The notes: generated by a model from the sequence alone, not told the origin. DNA of 50,121 nucleotides from an uncultured Candidatus Saccharibacteria bacterium (GCA_964439515.1 CAYTNU010000004.1:1832-51952), one strand, 5' to 3'; positions 28,646-37,469 are shown, counted from the first letter of the stretch. Numbers and translations are program-made.

Positions 28646-29410
28646 ATGGCAAGAATAATTAGCGTTGTTAATCAAAAAGGGGGTGTTGGGAAAAGTACTA
28701 CCTCTGTGAATTTGCTTAGTTATTTAGCGGCTTTAGGCAAGTATGTCCTTTTGGTTGATATTGATCCACAGGCTAATGCTACTTCAGGCGTTGGGATTGA
28801 TTTTCGAACAGTGCCTTTGAATCTATATCATTCTTTGGTTGGTGGTTTGCTCCCAGAGGAAGTAATTCGTCAGACGGGTATTTTTGGTTATGAAGTAATG
28901 CCTTCGGCGCCTGATTTGGCTGGAGCAACTATTGAATTGGTGGGTGAATCAAATCGGGAGTTTAAGCTCTATGAACTACTTAGAAAGATTAGAACTAATT
29001 ATGACTATATCTTAATTGATTGTCCACCTAGCCTGGGTCTTTTAACTATTAATGGATTAGTAGCTGCTGACGAGGTGATTATCCCTGTTCAATGCGAATA
29101 TTATGCATTAGAAGGACTTGGCCAGCTTTTGAAAACAATTGAATTAGTTCAAGATAATTTAGATAGTCCTATAAAAGTTAAGGGTGCTTTATTGACTATG
29201 TATGATAAAAGGAATCGACTTTCTCGACAAGTCCGCAAGGAAATAGAAAGAAATTTTGATGGTTATGTTTTTGAATCTGTGATCCCTCGCTGTGTAAAAT
29301 TAGCTGAAGCGCCTAGCTTCGGGCAAACAATTATACAATACAATCCTCATTCTAAAGGAGCTAAATCTTATCGACAATTAGCAGAGGAAATAATATCTTT
29401 AGATAAATAA
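28646..29410 (+). CDS. parA: Chromosome partitioning ATPase ParA/Soj
   Basis: Deviant Walker A NQKGGVGKSTT, DIDPQANAT, DCPPSLG. Confidence 0.95.
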   Translation: MARIISVVNQKGGVGKSTTSVNLLSYLAALGKYVLLVDIDPQANATSGVGIDFRTVPLNLYHSLVGGLLPEEVIRQTGIFGYEVMPSAPDLAGATIELVGESNREFKLYELLRKIRTNYDYILIDCPPSLGLLTINGLVAADEVIIPVQCEYYALEGLGQLLKTIELVQDNLDSPIKVKGALLTMYDKRNRLSRQVRKEIERNFDGYVFESVIPRCVKLAEAPSFGQTIIQYNPHSKGAKSYRQLAEEIISLDK

Positions 29411-29421
29411 GAAATAATACT

Positions 29422-30333
29422 ATGACAAAATCATCACTAGGGAAAGGGCTTCAATCTCTTATTCCTAAAAAAGAATCTAAAATGACTAGTTTAATTAAAA
29501 GAGAAGGAAAGTCTTCTGATTGGTTAAAGCTAAAAAAAGAAAGTATCTTTAATATTGAGATTGATAAAATTAAACCTAATTCTAGTCAACCTCGTAATAG
29601 TTTATCAGAAGAAGGATTAAAAGAATTAGCTGAATCAATCAAGCAACATGGTGTATTGCAGCCATTAATTGTTACAAAAAATGAGAAAACAACAGAAAGA
29701 GGGAGACAAGTAGAATACGAATTAATAGCTGGAGAAAGAAGATGGAGAGCTTCTCAAATAGCTGGGTTGCCTAGTGTTCCAGTAATTATTAAAGACACTG
29801 CTGCACAAGAAAAATTAGAAATTGCTTTAGTAGAAAACATTCAAAGAGAGGATCTTAATGCTATTGATTCTGCTTTAGCTTATAAGCAACTTCAAGATGT
29901 TTTTAATTTAAGACATAAAGACATTGCTAAAAAAGTAGGCAAAAGCAGAACAGCTGTGACTAATTCTATTCGTCTTTTATCTTTACCAGCAGAAGTTCAG
30001 AAAGCAATTGTTCTTGGTAAGATAAGCGAAGGTCATGGGCGGGCTATTTTAATGGCTAAACCTGAAGCTCAAAAATCCTTATTTCAATCAATAATAAAGA
30101 ACAATTTAAGCGTTAGGCAAGTAGAAGAGAAAGCCAGAAAATTGGCTTCAGAGAACAAGCCATATTCTAAGGGACCTAAAAATCCTTTATTTAAGAAAAT
30201 AGAAAAAGACCTTGAAAAGGTCTTGGGTCGTCGAGTCAGTATTCTTAAAAGAGGAGATATTAATTATATTAATATTCAATTTATTGATCAAAAGGAATTA
30301 AACAGATTAGCTGAATATTTATTGAAAATTTAA
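29422..30333 (+). CDS. parB: Chromosome partitioning protein ParB/Spo0J
   Basis: GKGLQSLI, QPRN, GVLQPLIV, IAGERRWRAS, ENIQREDLN, HTH region. Confidence 0.93.
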   Translation: MTKSSLGKGLQSLIPKKESKMTSLIKREGKSSDWLKLKKESIFNIEIDKIKPNSSQPRNSLSEEGLKELAESIKQHGVLQPLIVTKNEKTTERGRQVEYELIAGERRWRASQIAGLPSVPVIIKDTAAQEKLEIALVENIQREDLNAIDSALAYKQLQDVFNLRHKDIAKKVGKSRTAVTNSIRLLSLPAEVQKAIVLGKISEGHGRAILMAKPEAQKSLFQSIIKNNLSVRQVEEKARKLASENKPYSKGPKNPLFKKIEKDLEKVLGRRVSILKRGDINYINIQFIDQKELNRLAEYLLKI

Positions 30334-30348
30334 TTCCACTCAGCAAGA

Positions 30349-31842
30349 TTAATTTTTTCTATACCAGAATTTAATTCTATTTTTAGCTTGACTAGTTTTT
30401 ACAAAATTAAGCCAATCTCTGCTTGGTTTTTTATTTTTTTGAGTAATAATTTCAATCATTTGTCCATTCCGTAATATTTCACGGAGAGAGCTAAGCTTCC
30501 CGTCAATTTTAGCTCCTACGCACTGGTCTCCAATATCGCTATGAATTTGATATGCAAAATCTACCGGAGTTGATCCTTCTGGTAAATTAACAATGCTCCC
30601 TTTTGGAGTAAATACAAAAATTCTATCTTTTAAAAAATTAATTTTTAAAGAGTCAATAAAATCTTGAGGTGAAGCAAATTGTTCTTTTTGCCATTCTTGT
30701 AATTGCTTGACCCATGCTAACTCTTTTATCTGTTGACGTGTTTCTTTATCTGCTTTTTTTCCAAATATAGTATTTTTTATATAATTTTTTAATCCTTGAT
30801 TTTCATTATAATACCAATGAGCGGCAATGCCGCGTTCAGCTTCTTCGTGCATTTTTGGCGTTCGAATTTGAAATTCGGTAATTTTACCATCTTGGCAAAA
30901 AACAGTTGTGTGAAGAGATTGATATCCATTAGTTTTAGGAAGCGCAATATAGTCTTTAATTCTTCCAATTAAAGGTTTCCAGTTTTTATGAATTATTCCT
31001 AATGCGGCATAACAATTTTCAATATCAGGAACAATAATTCTTAAAGCAACTAAATCATAGATTTTATGCCAATCCATATCATTACGCAAAAGTTTTTTGT
31101 ATAAGCTATAGTGATGTTTCGTTCTCGAATGAATTTCAATTACTCTGACTCCTTTTTTGGTTAAACTTTTTTTAATTGATGGTGTAATTTTTTGAAGATA
31201 TTTTTGATTATCAATATATTTATTTTTAACTTGACTTATGACTTCTTGGTATTCTTTTGGATAAACATAAGGGAAAGATAAATCTTCTAATTGTCCTTTT
31301 AGTTCACCAATACCTAGTCGATGAGCTAATGGAGCATAAATTTCTAGAGTTTCTAGGGCTTGTCTTTTTTGTTTTTCTTCTGGTAGCGCATATAAGGTTT
31401 TCATATTATGAAGACGGTCAGCTAGTTTAATCATTATGACTCGGATGTCTTTGGCCATTGCTAAGATAATTTTTCGTAGATTTTCTACTTGGTCTTCAGG
31501 TTCTTTGTCTTTTTTTTCATATTTTATTTTATTTATATATGTAATTCCTTCAACCAAGAAAGCTATCTCTTCGCCAAATTCTTTTTTTATTTTTGATAAT
31601 TTAATGGGAGAATATTCTAAAACATCGTGTAAAAGACCAGCGGCAATTGAAGCAGCGTCTAATTTTAATTTAGCTAAAGAATACGCTGTTTGGATTACAT
31701 GTTCTAATCGAGTATCGCCATTAAGGCGTTTTTGTCCATCATGAGCTTCTTTAGCAAAATAATATGCTTTTTTGATTATTTCAGTATTAGCTAGAGGATG
31801 AGTTTGAAGAAATTTACTGATTATTTTTTCAATAGTAATCAT
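30349..31842 (-). CDS. Short RelA/SpoT-homologue (HD + synthetase + TGS domains; C-terminal regulatory half absent)
   Basis: HD region LLHDVLEY, synthetase motifs DYIALPKTNGYQSLHTTV and EFQIRTPKMHEEAERGIAAHWYY, TGS IFVFTPKGSIVNLPEGSTPVDFAYQIHSDIG. Ends ...PSRDWLNFVKTSQAKNRIKFWYRKN at 497 aa. Confidence 0.9.
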   Translation of the reverse strand: MITIEKIISKFLQTHPLANTEIIKKAYYFAKEAHDGQKRLNGDTRLEHVIQTAYSLAKLKLDAASIAAGLLHDVLEYSPIKLSKIKKEFGEEIAFLVEGITYINKIKYEKKDKEPEDQVENLRKIILAMAKDIRVIMIKLADRLHNMKTLYALPEEKQKRQALETLEIYAPLAHRLGIGELKGQLEDLSFPYVYPKEYQEVISQVKNKYIDNQKYLQKITPSIKKSLTKKGVRVIEIHSRTKHHYSLYKKLLRNDMDWHKIYDLVALRIIVPDIENCYAALGIIHKNWKPLIGRIKDYIALPKTNGYQSLHTTVFCQDGKITEFQIRTPKMHEEAERGIAAHWYYNENQGLKNYIKNTIFGKKADKETRQQIKELAWVKQLQEWQKEQFASPQDFIDSLKINFLKDRIFVFTPKGSIVNLPEGSTPVDFAYQIHSDIGDQCVGAKIDGKLSSLREILRNGQMIEIITQKNKKPSRDWLNFVKTSQAKNRIKFWYRKN

Positions 31843-31849
31843 ACTTTAT

Positions 31850-31878
31850 ATTATATATTAAAATTAATTACTTGACAA
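31850..31878 (-). promoter_or_regulatory. Near-consensus promoter of the rel gene: TTGTCA-N17-TATAAT, with the ATG 7 nt downstream
   Basis: Minus strand: -35 at 31878..31873, -10 at 31855..31850, then ATAAAGT, then the ATG at 31842. No SD. Confidence 0.55.
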
Positions 31879-31900
31879 TATCTAGTTTATCGGGTTAACT
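31872..31900 (+). promoter_or_regulatory. Putative promoter of the P-loop gene: TTGACA-N17-TTAACT, followed by a roughly 50-nt leader with an SD
   Basis: The -35 TTGACA at 31872..31877 shares the palindromic TTGACAA with the divergent rel promoter. The spacer contains the inverted repeat CTAGTT...AACTAG. Confidence 0.4.
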
Positions 31901-31952
31901 AGAGTAGTTAATATTGTATCTTTAAAAAAGAATAGAAGGAGGTGAATTTTGT

Positions 31953-32561
31953 ATGGTCTGTATAAAAGTAGTAGAATTACTGGGAATGCCTCGTGGCGGG
32001 AAAAGCACTTACATGAGAAATGTCTTGAGAGAGCTATCAGAACTTGGTGTTTTGGTTAAGTTTATCCCTGACAAGATTTGGGATGCTGTTGGGGAGGATG
32101 CAATTGAGGAAAACGAATGGGTTTTGGCTGAAATTAGAAGATTGCTTATTGAAGCCAAAAGGACGGAATTGGATTTGATTGTGATTGAAAGGGGTGCTTA
32201 TGCCTGTTTGGCATCAATCATTGCTCATTCAAAAAATAATGTAAAAGGAAAAAGCAAAAAACAGAGAGAAAGAATTGAAAGGGTTTGCAGATTATCTCTT
32301 GATCTTTCTAAGCACGAAGATTTTTCTATTTATATTGATATTTCTGTGGAAGAATCTCTTAAAAGAGATCGAGAAGCAGGAGCAGTCAATGAAGGAAAAA
32401 TTATAAATAAAAAATTTCTTCCAATTTTGAAAGAGGCATATCAAGACGTATGTAAGCAAATGCCTATTCACAGAACCAAATTAATTAACGGGGAGGATAA
32501 TATTCAGAAGAATCAAGCAAAGTTATTAAAAATATTGCTTGATTTAGTTCCAAAAAAATAA
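31953..32561 (+). CDS. Hypothetical P-loop kinase-like protein (dNK/NMP-kinase-like fold suspected)
   Basis: Walker A LLGMPRGGKST after a beta-strand (IKVVEL). DLIVIERG resembles the ERS-type motif. Arg-rich LID-like SLKRDREAG. SD AAGGAGGTG (31936..31944) lies 10 nt from the ATG. Higher GC (26 G+C in line 32041-32100). Confidence 0.55.
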   Translation: MVCIKVVELLGMPRGGKSTYMRNVLRELSELGVLVKFIPDKIWDAVGEDAIEENEWVLAEIRRLLIEAKRTELDLIVIERGAYACLASIIAHSKNNVKGKSKKQRERIERVCRLSLDLSKHEDFSIYIDISVEESLKRDREAGAVNEGKIINKKFLPILKEAYQDVCKQMPIHRTKLINGEDNIQKNQAKLLKILLDLVPKK

Positions 32562-32562
32562 A

Positions 32563-32597
32563 AGTCGTTTCTATTAAGAGACGGCTTTTACTTTTTG
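32563..32597 (+). terminator. Strand-specific terminator of the P-loop gene
   Basis: AGTCGTTTCT (32563..32572), loop ATTA, AGAGACGGCT (32577..32586). This is a 10-bp stem with two G:U pairs that form only in the plus-strand RNA, followed by TTTTACTTTTT. It overlaps the topA stop codon. Confidence 0.55.
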
Positions 32598-34615
32598 TAA
32601 TCACATTCTTTATTGCTGCATTTAATTTTTTTATTTTTCATTTCTACTAACAGAGATTTACATTTAGGGCATTTTTCATTAAGAGGTTTGTCCCAAAGAG
32701 CATATTCACATTTAGGATATTTAGAACAAGAATAGAATATTTTTCCTTTTTTAGTTTTTCTTTCGATGATAACACCTTCTTTACATTTCGGGCATTTAAC
32801 TCCAGTAGGACTGACAATTGATTCTGTGTGTTTACAATCAGGAAATCCAGTACAAGCATAAAATTTACCGAATCGTCCTAATTTAATTATCATGTCTTTA
32901 CCACATTCAGAACATTTTTTATCAGTTTTTTCTTCTAATTTTTTTTTCTCAACTTCTTCATATTTTTTATCAAGATTTTCTTTAAATGGTTTATAAAATT
33001 CCTTAAGCACTGTTAGCCAATCTTGCTTTCCATCAGCAATTCGATCTAAATCTTCTTCCATATATGAAGTAAATTTAATATCAACAATTTTAGAAAAATT
33101 TTCTTTAAGTAAATCAATAACAATAAATCCAATTTCAGTAGGAGCAAATCTTTTTTGTTCGTTTTTTTCTACATATCCTCTATCTTGAATAGTTCCTATA
33201 ATAGGAGCATAAGTTGAAGGACGACCGATTCCGTATTCTTCTAAAAATTTAACCAAAGAGGCCTCAGTATAGCGAGCAGGTGGTTGAGTAAAGTGTTGTT
33301 CAGAAAGAAGTTTAATTAGTTCAAGTATTTCTTCTTTATTTAAAGAAGGTAAAATATTCTCTTTTAGTTTATTTGGATAAATCTTAAGCCAGCCATCAAA
33401 TTTGATGGTTGAGCCAGTAGTTTTAAATATATAATTTTTTGCTTGAATATCAATTCTAGTAGCATCTAGGATTGCTGGATTCATTTGACATGCAATAAAA
33501 CGTTGCCAAATTAAATTGTACAATTTATATTGTTTTGTATCTAAGTTTTTTATTTCATCTGGCTTACGGTTTTCTTGTGTTGGTCTAATAGCTTCGTGCG
33601 CTTCTTGGGCTCCCTTGCTTTTATTTTTATAAAAATTAGAACTATTCGGGCAATAAGATATTCCAAATTCATCTTTAATAAATTTTTGAGTTTTATTTAA
33701 TATTTCAGCAGATAGATTTAAAGAATCTGTTCTGTGATAAGTGATAAGACCGGTTTCGTAAAGTTGTTGGGCAATTCTCATAGTTTGTTTTGCTGAAAAT
33801 CCTAATTTATGAGACGCTTCTTGTTGAAGTGTACTTGTCGTAAAAGGCGGTTGTGGATATTTTTTAATTTCTTTTTTTTGAATATCAATAATTTTATATT
33901 CTGCTTTTTCTAAATCTTTTAATATTTCGTTTGCTTCTTTTTCATTTTTTATTTCAAATTTAGAAATTGTTTTTTTATCCTTCTTAATTAATTGAGCATA
34001 AAATATTTCTTTGCTATCTCTTTTTTGAAGACTAGCTTCAATGCCCCAATATTCTTCTGGTTTAAAATTTTTAATTTCTCTTTCTTTATCAACAATCAAG
34101 CGAACAGCAACTGATTGCACTCTTCCAGCTGATAATCCTTTTACTATTTTTTTCCAAAGGAAAGGAGACAATTTATATCCAACTAAACGATCTAAAATAC
34201 GTCGCGCTTGTTGCGCATTAACTAAATTAATATCGATTTTACGAGGATTCTCTAACGCTTTTTCAATCGCGCTTTTTGTTATTTCATGAAAAGCAATTCG
34301 TTGATAATCTTTCGTTTTATTTTCTGGTAAAATTTGTAAAAGATGCCATGCAATAGCTTCTCCTTCGCGGTCTTCATCTGTAGCTAAAATAACTAGATCA
34401 GATTTTTTCATCGCATCTTTTAATTCTTTAGCTACTTTTTTTGCTTTAGTAGGGATAACGTATTTAGGTTTAAAATTATTTTCTAAATCAATCCCAAGCG
34501 CATTTTTAGGTAGGTCACGAATATGTCCATAGGAAGAAAGCACCTTATAATTTCGGCCTAAATATTTTCCTATTGTTTTTGCTTTGGCTGGACTTTCTAC
34601 TATAACTAATTTCAT
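32588..34615 (-). CDS. topA: DNA topoisomerase I with C-terminal zinc ribbons
   Basis: MKLVIVESPAKAKTIGKYLG (Toprim), active-site region YHRTDS, three CxxC...CxxC ribbons. Confidence 0.97.
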   Translation of the reverse strand: MKLVIVESPAKAKTIGKYLGRNYKVLSSYGHIRDLPKNALGIDLENNFKPKYVIPTKAKKVAKELKDAMKKSDLVILATDEDREGEAIAWHLLQILPENKTKDYQRIAFHEITKSAIEKALENPRKIDINLVNAQQARRILDRLVGYKLSPFLWKKIVKGLSAGRVQSVAVRLIVDKEREIKNFKPEEYWGIEASLQKRDSKEIFYAQLIKKDKKTISKFEIKNEKEANEILKDLEKAEYKIIDIQKKEIKKYPQPPFTTSTLQQEASHKLGFSAKQTMRIAQQLYETGLITYHRTDSLNLSAEILNKTQKFIKDEFGISYCPNSSNFYKNKSKGAQEAHEAIRPTQENRKPDEIKNLDTKQYKLYNLIWQRFIACQMNPAILDATRIDIQAKNYIFKTTGSTIKFDGWLKIYPNKLKENILPSLNKEEILELIKLLSEQHFTQPPARYTEASLVKFLEEYGIGRPSTYAPIIGTIQDRGYVEKNEQKRFAPTEIGFIVIDLLKENFSKIVDIKFTSYMEEDLDRIADGKQDWLTVLKEFYKPFKENLDKKYEEVEKKKLEEKTDKKCSECGKDMIIKLGRFGKFYACTGFPDCKHTESIVSPTGVKCPKCKEGVIIERKTKKGKIFYSCSKYPKCEYALWDKPLNEKCPKCKSLLVEMKNKKIKCSNKECDYKK

Positions 34616-34638
34616 ATGTTGTAATAGTTTAATTCTAT

Positions 34639-35544
34639 TTATATATTTGTCAATGTGGATAAATTAAGTTCTTCAATAATATCATCAGCTTTACTAACTA
34701 ATTTGGCCCCCATTTTAATTAACTTATTAGTTCCTGAAGAATTAACGGAAAGAATGTTGCCAGGTATAGCAAAGACATCTCTATTTTGTTCTAATGCATT
34801 ACGAGCCGTGATTAAGGACCCGCTTTTTTCTGGGGATTCAATTACTAAAACTCCTAAACTAAGTCCAGAAATAATTCTATTTCTTTGCGGAAAATTTTGT
34901 GCATTTGGTTTAGTTTCGATAGGAAATTCACTAATTAAGGCGCCTCTCTCTGTAATTCTTTCAGCTAATTGTTTATTGATTACAGGATAAATGCTTTTTT
35001 TATCTATACCAGTTCCTAGTACGGCTATGGTTCGTCCGTTTGTATTAAGAGTTGCTTGGTGTGCTAGGGCATCAATTCCTTTGGCAAGTCCACTTATTAT
35101 AGTCAATCCGGATTTAGCTAAATCAGTTGTAATTAAAGGAGTGATTTGATTGCCATAAGAAGAAGGGTTTCTCGTTCCTACTACTCCGATGCTAAATTCA
35201 TCGTTTGGCTCAATGTTCCCTTTGATGTATAGAAGTGCTGGTGGTGCGTAAATTTCTTTTAGTAATTTAGGATAATTTTTATCTTGAATAGTAATTAAAT
35301 CAATATTTTCTTTCGATAACTTTTCCATCTCCCAATCAGGATTAATCTTAGGTCTTTTAATTCGTATTTGTTCAATAATAGATTTATTTAATCCAATTTG
35401 ATTATATTCATTAATATTAGTTGACCATGCAATGTCTAATGATTTAAAATGAGTTAGGATGGTTTTAAAAGCAATTGGACCAATTCCTCCAATTAAATTG
35501 AAAGCATTGAAATATTTAGCTTGGAGGTTGACAAAATCTGTCAT
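34639..35544 (-). CDS. dprA: DNA processing protein DprA (Smf)
   Basis: VGTRNPSSYG, SGLAKGIDALAH, PQRNRIISGLS, Rossmann-like core. Shows the classical dprA-topA linkage. Confidence 0.9.
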   Translation of the reverse strand: MTDFVNLQAKYFNAFNLIGGIGPIAFKTILTHFKSLDIAWSTNINEYNQIGLNKSIIEQIRIKRPKINPDWEMEKLSKENIDLITIQDKNYPKLLKEIYAPPALLYIKGNIEPNDEFSIGVVGTRNPSSYGNQITPLITTDLAKSGLTIISGLAKGIDALAHQATLNTNGRTIAVLGTGIDKKSIYPVINKQLAERITERGALISEFPIETKPNAQNFPQRNRIISGLSLGVLVIESPEKSGSLITARNALEQNRDVFAIPGNILSVNSSGTNKLIKMGAKLVSKADDIIEELNLSTLTNI

Positions 35545-35654
35545 TTTGGTATAATATTAATAATAAATTAAAGTTCTTTTTACAAATCTAATTTTTCTAT
35601 CAATTTTCTTTATTTTAAAAACTTTTAAGTATTTAAAAAAAGGGGGGTTAGAAA

Positions 35655-35864
35655 ATGACAAGGAAGATATTTAGATATTTCTTATGGATTTGCGGTGTTA
35701 TGGGATTTTTCTTTCTGATGGGAGGAGTCGGAGGAATGGAAATAGAGTCTATTTCTCTTTCAAAAGGAACGGGAATATCTGTCTTCGGACTGATTCTCCT
35801 GGCAGCTGTAGTTTTTTGGGGAATTCCTCATTATGATGATATGCCTCCTAAAGAAAAGATTTAA
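35655..35864 (+). CDS. Small hypothetical membrane protein (69 aa, 2 predicted TM)
   Basis: G-rich SD-like GGGGGG (35642..35647) lies 7 nt upstream. Two hydrophobic segments. Higher GC (24 G+C in line 35701-35760). Lone plus-strand gene between minus-strand dprA and pth. Confidence 0.45.
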   Translation: MTRKIFRYFLWICGVMGFFFLMGGVGGMEIESISLSKGTGISVFGLILLAAVVFWGIPHYDDMPPKEKI

Positions 35865-35889
35865 TTCGCTCTTTAAGGTAGAAATTTAA

Positions 35890-36408
35890 TTACAAGGTCG
35901 TTGCTAACAATGCAGCGGCCTTTTCAATTGTTTCTTGAATTGTTATTTCTTCTTCTGGAGTAAATTTTTGTAAAACAAATTTTTCTGTATTTATAGGTTC
36001 TTCTTGGTTTGTTGGTTTTATCCCTATTCTCATTCTAATAAAATCTTTAGTGCCAATAGCATCAATAATTGATTGAACTCCTTTGTGTCCAGCTGAACTA
36101 CGATTCTCTTGTATTTTAATTTCTCCTAAATTAAGATCAATATCATCATGAATAATGATAATATCTTTTATTGAAATTTTGTAATAATCAATAATTGATT
36201 TTATGGAACTTCCTGAATTATTCATAAATGTTTGTGGCTTAACAATAATAATTTTTTGATCTCTAAATATTTTTTTTGAAATTTCAGCATTAAAAATAGA
36301 TTTAAAATTAAAATCAGCAGTAATTTTATCTACTACCATAAACCCAATATTATGCCTTGTTCCTTGATATTTAATTCCTGGATTTCCTAGTCCTATAATA
36401 AGTCTCAT
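35890..36408 (-). CDS. pth: Peptidyl-tRNA hydrolase
   Basis: LIIGLGNPGIKYQGTRHNIGF, FMNNSG, GHKGVQSI. Confidence 0.95.
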   Translation of the reverse strand: MRLIIGLGNPGIKYQGTRHNIGFMVVDKITADFNFKSIFNAEISKKIFRDQKIIIVKPQTFMNNSGSSIKSIIDYYKISIKDIIIIHDDIDLNLGEIKIQENRSSAGHKGVQSIIDAIGTKDFIRMRIGIKPTNQEEPINTEKFVLQKFTPEEEITIQETIEKAAALLATTL

Positions 36409-37412
36409 AATTTTTCTTTGATATATTCTTTAATCTTATCATAATTTCCTTGTCCAGCGACAGGGTAAATTACTGAAGCCATTTGCTCTCCGAATAAAAC
36501 TTGCCCACCAATGAGAAGCTTTGTTTCTTTTTTGTCGATCACTAATTGGCTAATTTGATTATATTTTATACTTCTGGCTATTTCCCAGAATTTTTTTAAT
36601 TCTATAATTCCCAAGTCAGTTTCAATATTATTCTTAAGAGAATTAAACATTTTTAAATATGTAGGGAAATCCCAAAGTAAATTAAGTTCTAAAACTTTTT
36701 GTTTAAGAAGAGTAATAACTTGTTGTTGTCGAGCCATTCTATCAAAGTCGCCATTAGGAGATGTATAGCGTGTCCTGATATATCTAAGAGCTTCTGGTCC
36801 ATCTAAATAACGCCAACCAGCAGATAGATTAAATGTTTGGTAGGTATAATTAGGACCGGGGAAAAATGGATCATCTATATCTTTGGGCACATAGACATTA
36901 AGTCCATCAACTAATTCAATAATTTCTTGGGCGACTACTAAATCAACTAAAACATGATAATCAATTTTCAATCCAGTTATTTCTTCTATCTTTTCTTTAA
37001 GTCCATTAATTCCTGCTATACTATAAAGAGAATTTATTTTTGTCAATTTATTGGTATTAGGAATCTTAACTAATAGGTCTCGTGGCAGAGAAATTAAAGT
37101 TGCTTTTTCTTTTGCAGGGGTTAAATGAGCTAAAATAATTGTATCAGTTAAATTTCCTCCAGAATAGCCATTGCCTGGCCTTCCTAATAATAAAATATTA
37201 ACAGGGTTATTATTCTCTAGACTAAAAGGTAAAATTGATTTTAATACATTGTCTTTTTTTTCTTGTGGATCTTCTTCTGTTTGTATTTTAGAAATATTAC
37301 GCGATGTAGAAATATTAGATGATATTTGATAAATAATAATAGAACCGAATAAGACGATTAAAATAAAAGCGGACAAACAAGCTAATTTTAAATTTCTTTC
37401 TTTTTTATTCAT
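36405..37412 (-). CDS. LytR-CpsA-Psr (LCP) family cell-envelope transferase
   Basis: N-terminal TM, NILLLGRPG...LTDTIILAHL, ISLPRDL, RYIRTRY...GDFDRMARQQ. Its stop overlaps the pth start (ATGA). Confidence 0.85.
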   Translation of the reverse strand: MNKKERNLKLACLSAFILIVLFGSIIIYQISSNISTSRNISKIQTEEDPQEKKDNVLKSILPFSLENNNPVNILLLGRPGNGYSGGNLTDTIILAHLTPAKEKATLISLPRDLLVKIPNTNKLTKINSLYSIAGINGLKEKIEEITGLKIDYHVLVDLVVAQEIIELVDGLNVYVPKDIDDPFFPGPNYTYQTFNLSAGWRYLDGPEALRYIRTRYTSPNGDFDRMARQQQVITLLKQKVLELNLLWDFPTYLKMFNSLKNNIETDLGIIELKKFWEIARSIKYNQISQLVIDKKETKLLIGGQVLFGEQMASVIYPVAGQGNYDKIKEYIKEKL

Positions 37413-37419
37413 CTATTTT

Positions 37420-37448
37420 AGTATAACAGATTTGATTTTTTTTGTGAA
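37420..37448 (-). promoter_or_regulatory. Putative promoter of the LCP-pth unit: TTCACA-N17-TATACT, with the ATG 7 nt downstream
   Basis: Minus strand: -35 at 37448..37443, -10 at 37425..37420, then AAAATAG, then the ATG at 37412. Confidence 0.45.
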
Positions 37449-37460
37449 AAAAGTTAGAAT
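37432..37460 (+). promoter_or_regulatory. Putative promoter of the lepB operon: TTGATT-N17-TAGAAT, with the ATG 9 nt downstream
   Basis: -35 at 37432..37437, -10 at 37455..37460, ATG at 37470. Interleaved with the divergent LCP promoter. Confidence 0.45.
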
Positions 37461-37469
37461 GAATCAACC

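Noticed and set aside
28646-30400. A parS site (TGTTTCACGTGAAACA-like) in or near parAB
   Set aside because: I scanned by eye for GTTTCAC / GTGAAAC cores and found none here. The nearest partial match (ATTTCACGGAGA around 30475) is not palindromic. The site may lie elsewhere or be divergent.
34654-34662. Perfect DnaA box (TGTGGATAA, the reverse complement of TTATCCACA), considered as an oriC signal near parAB, dprA and topA
   Set aside because: It is a single occurrence inside the dprA coding region. There is no cluster of boxes, no adjacent AT-rich unwinding element in an intergenic region, and no dnaA or dnaN in the window.
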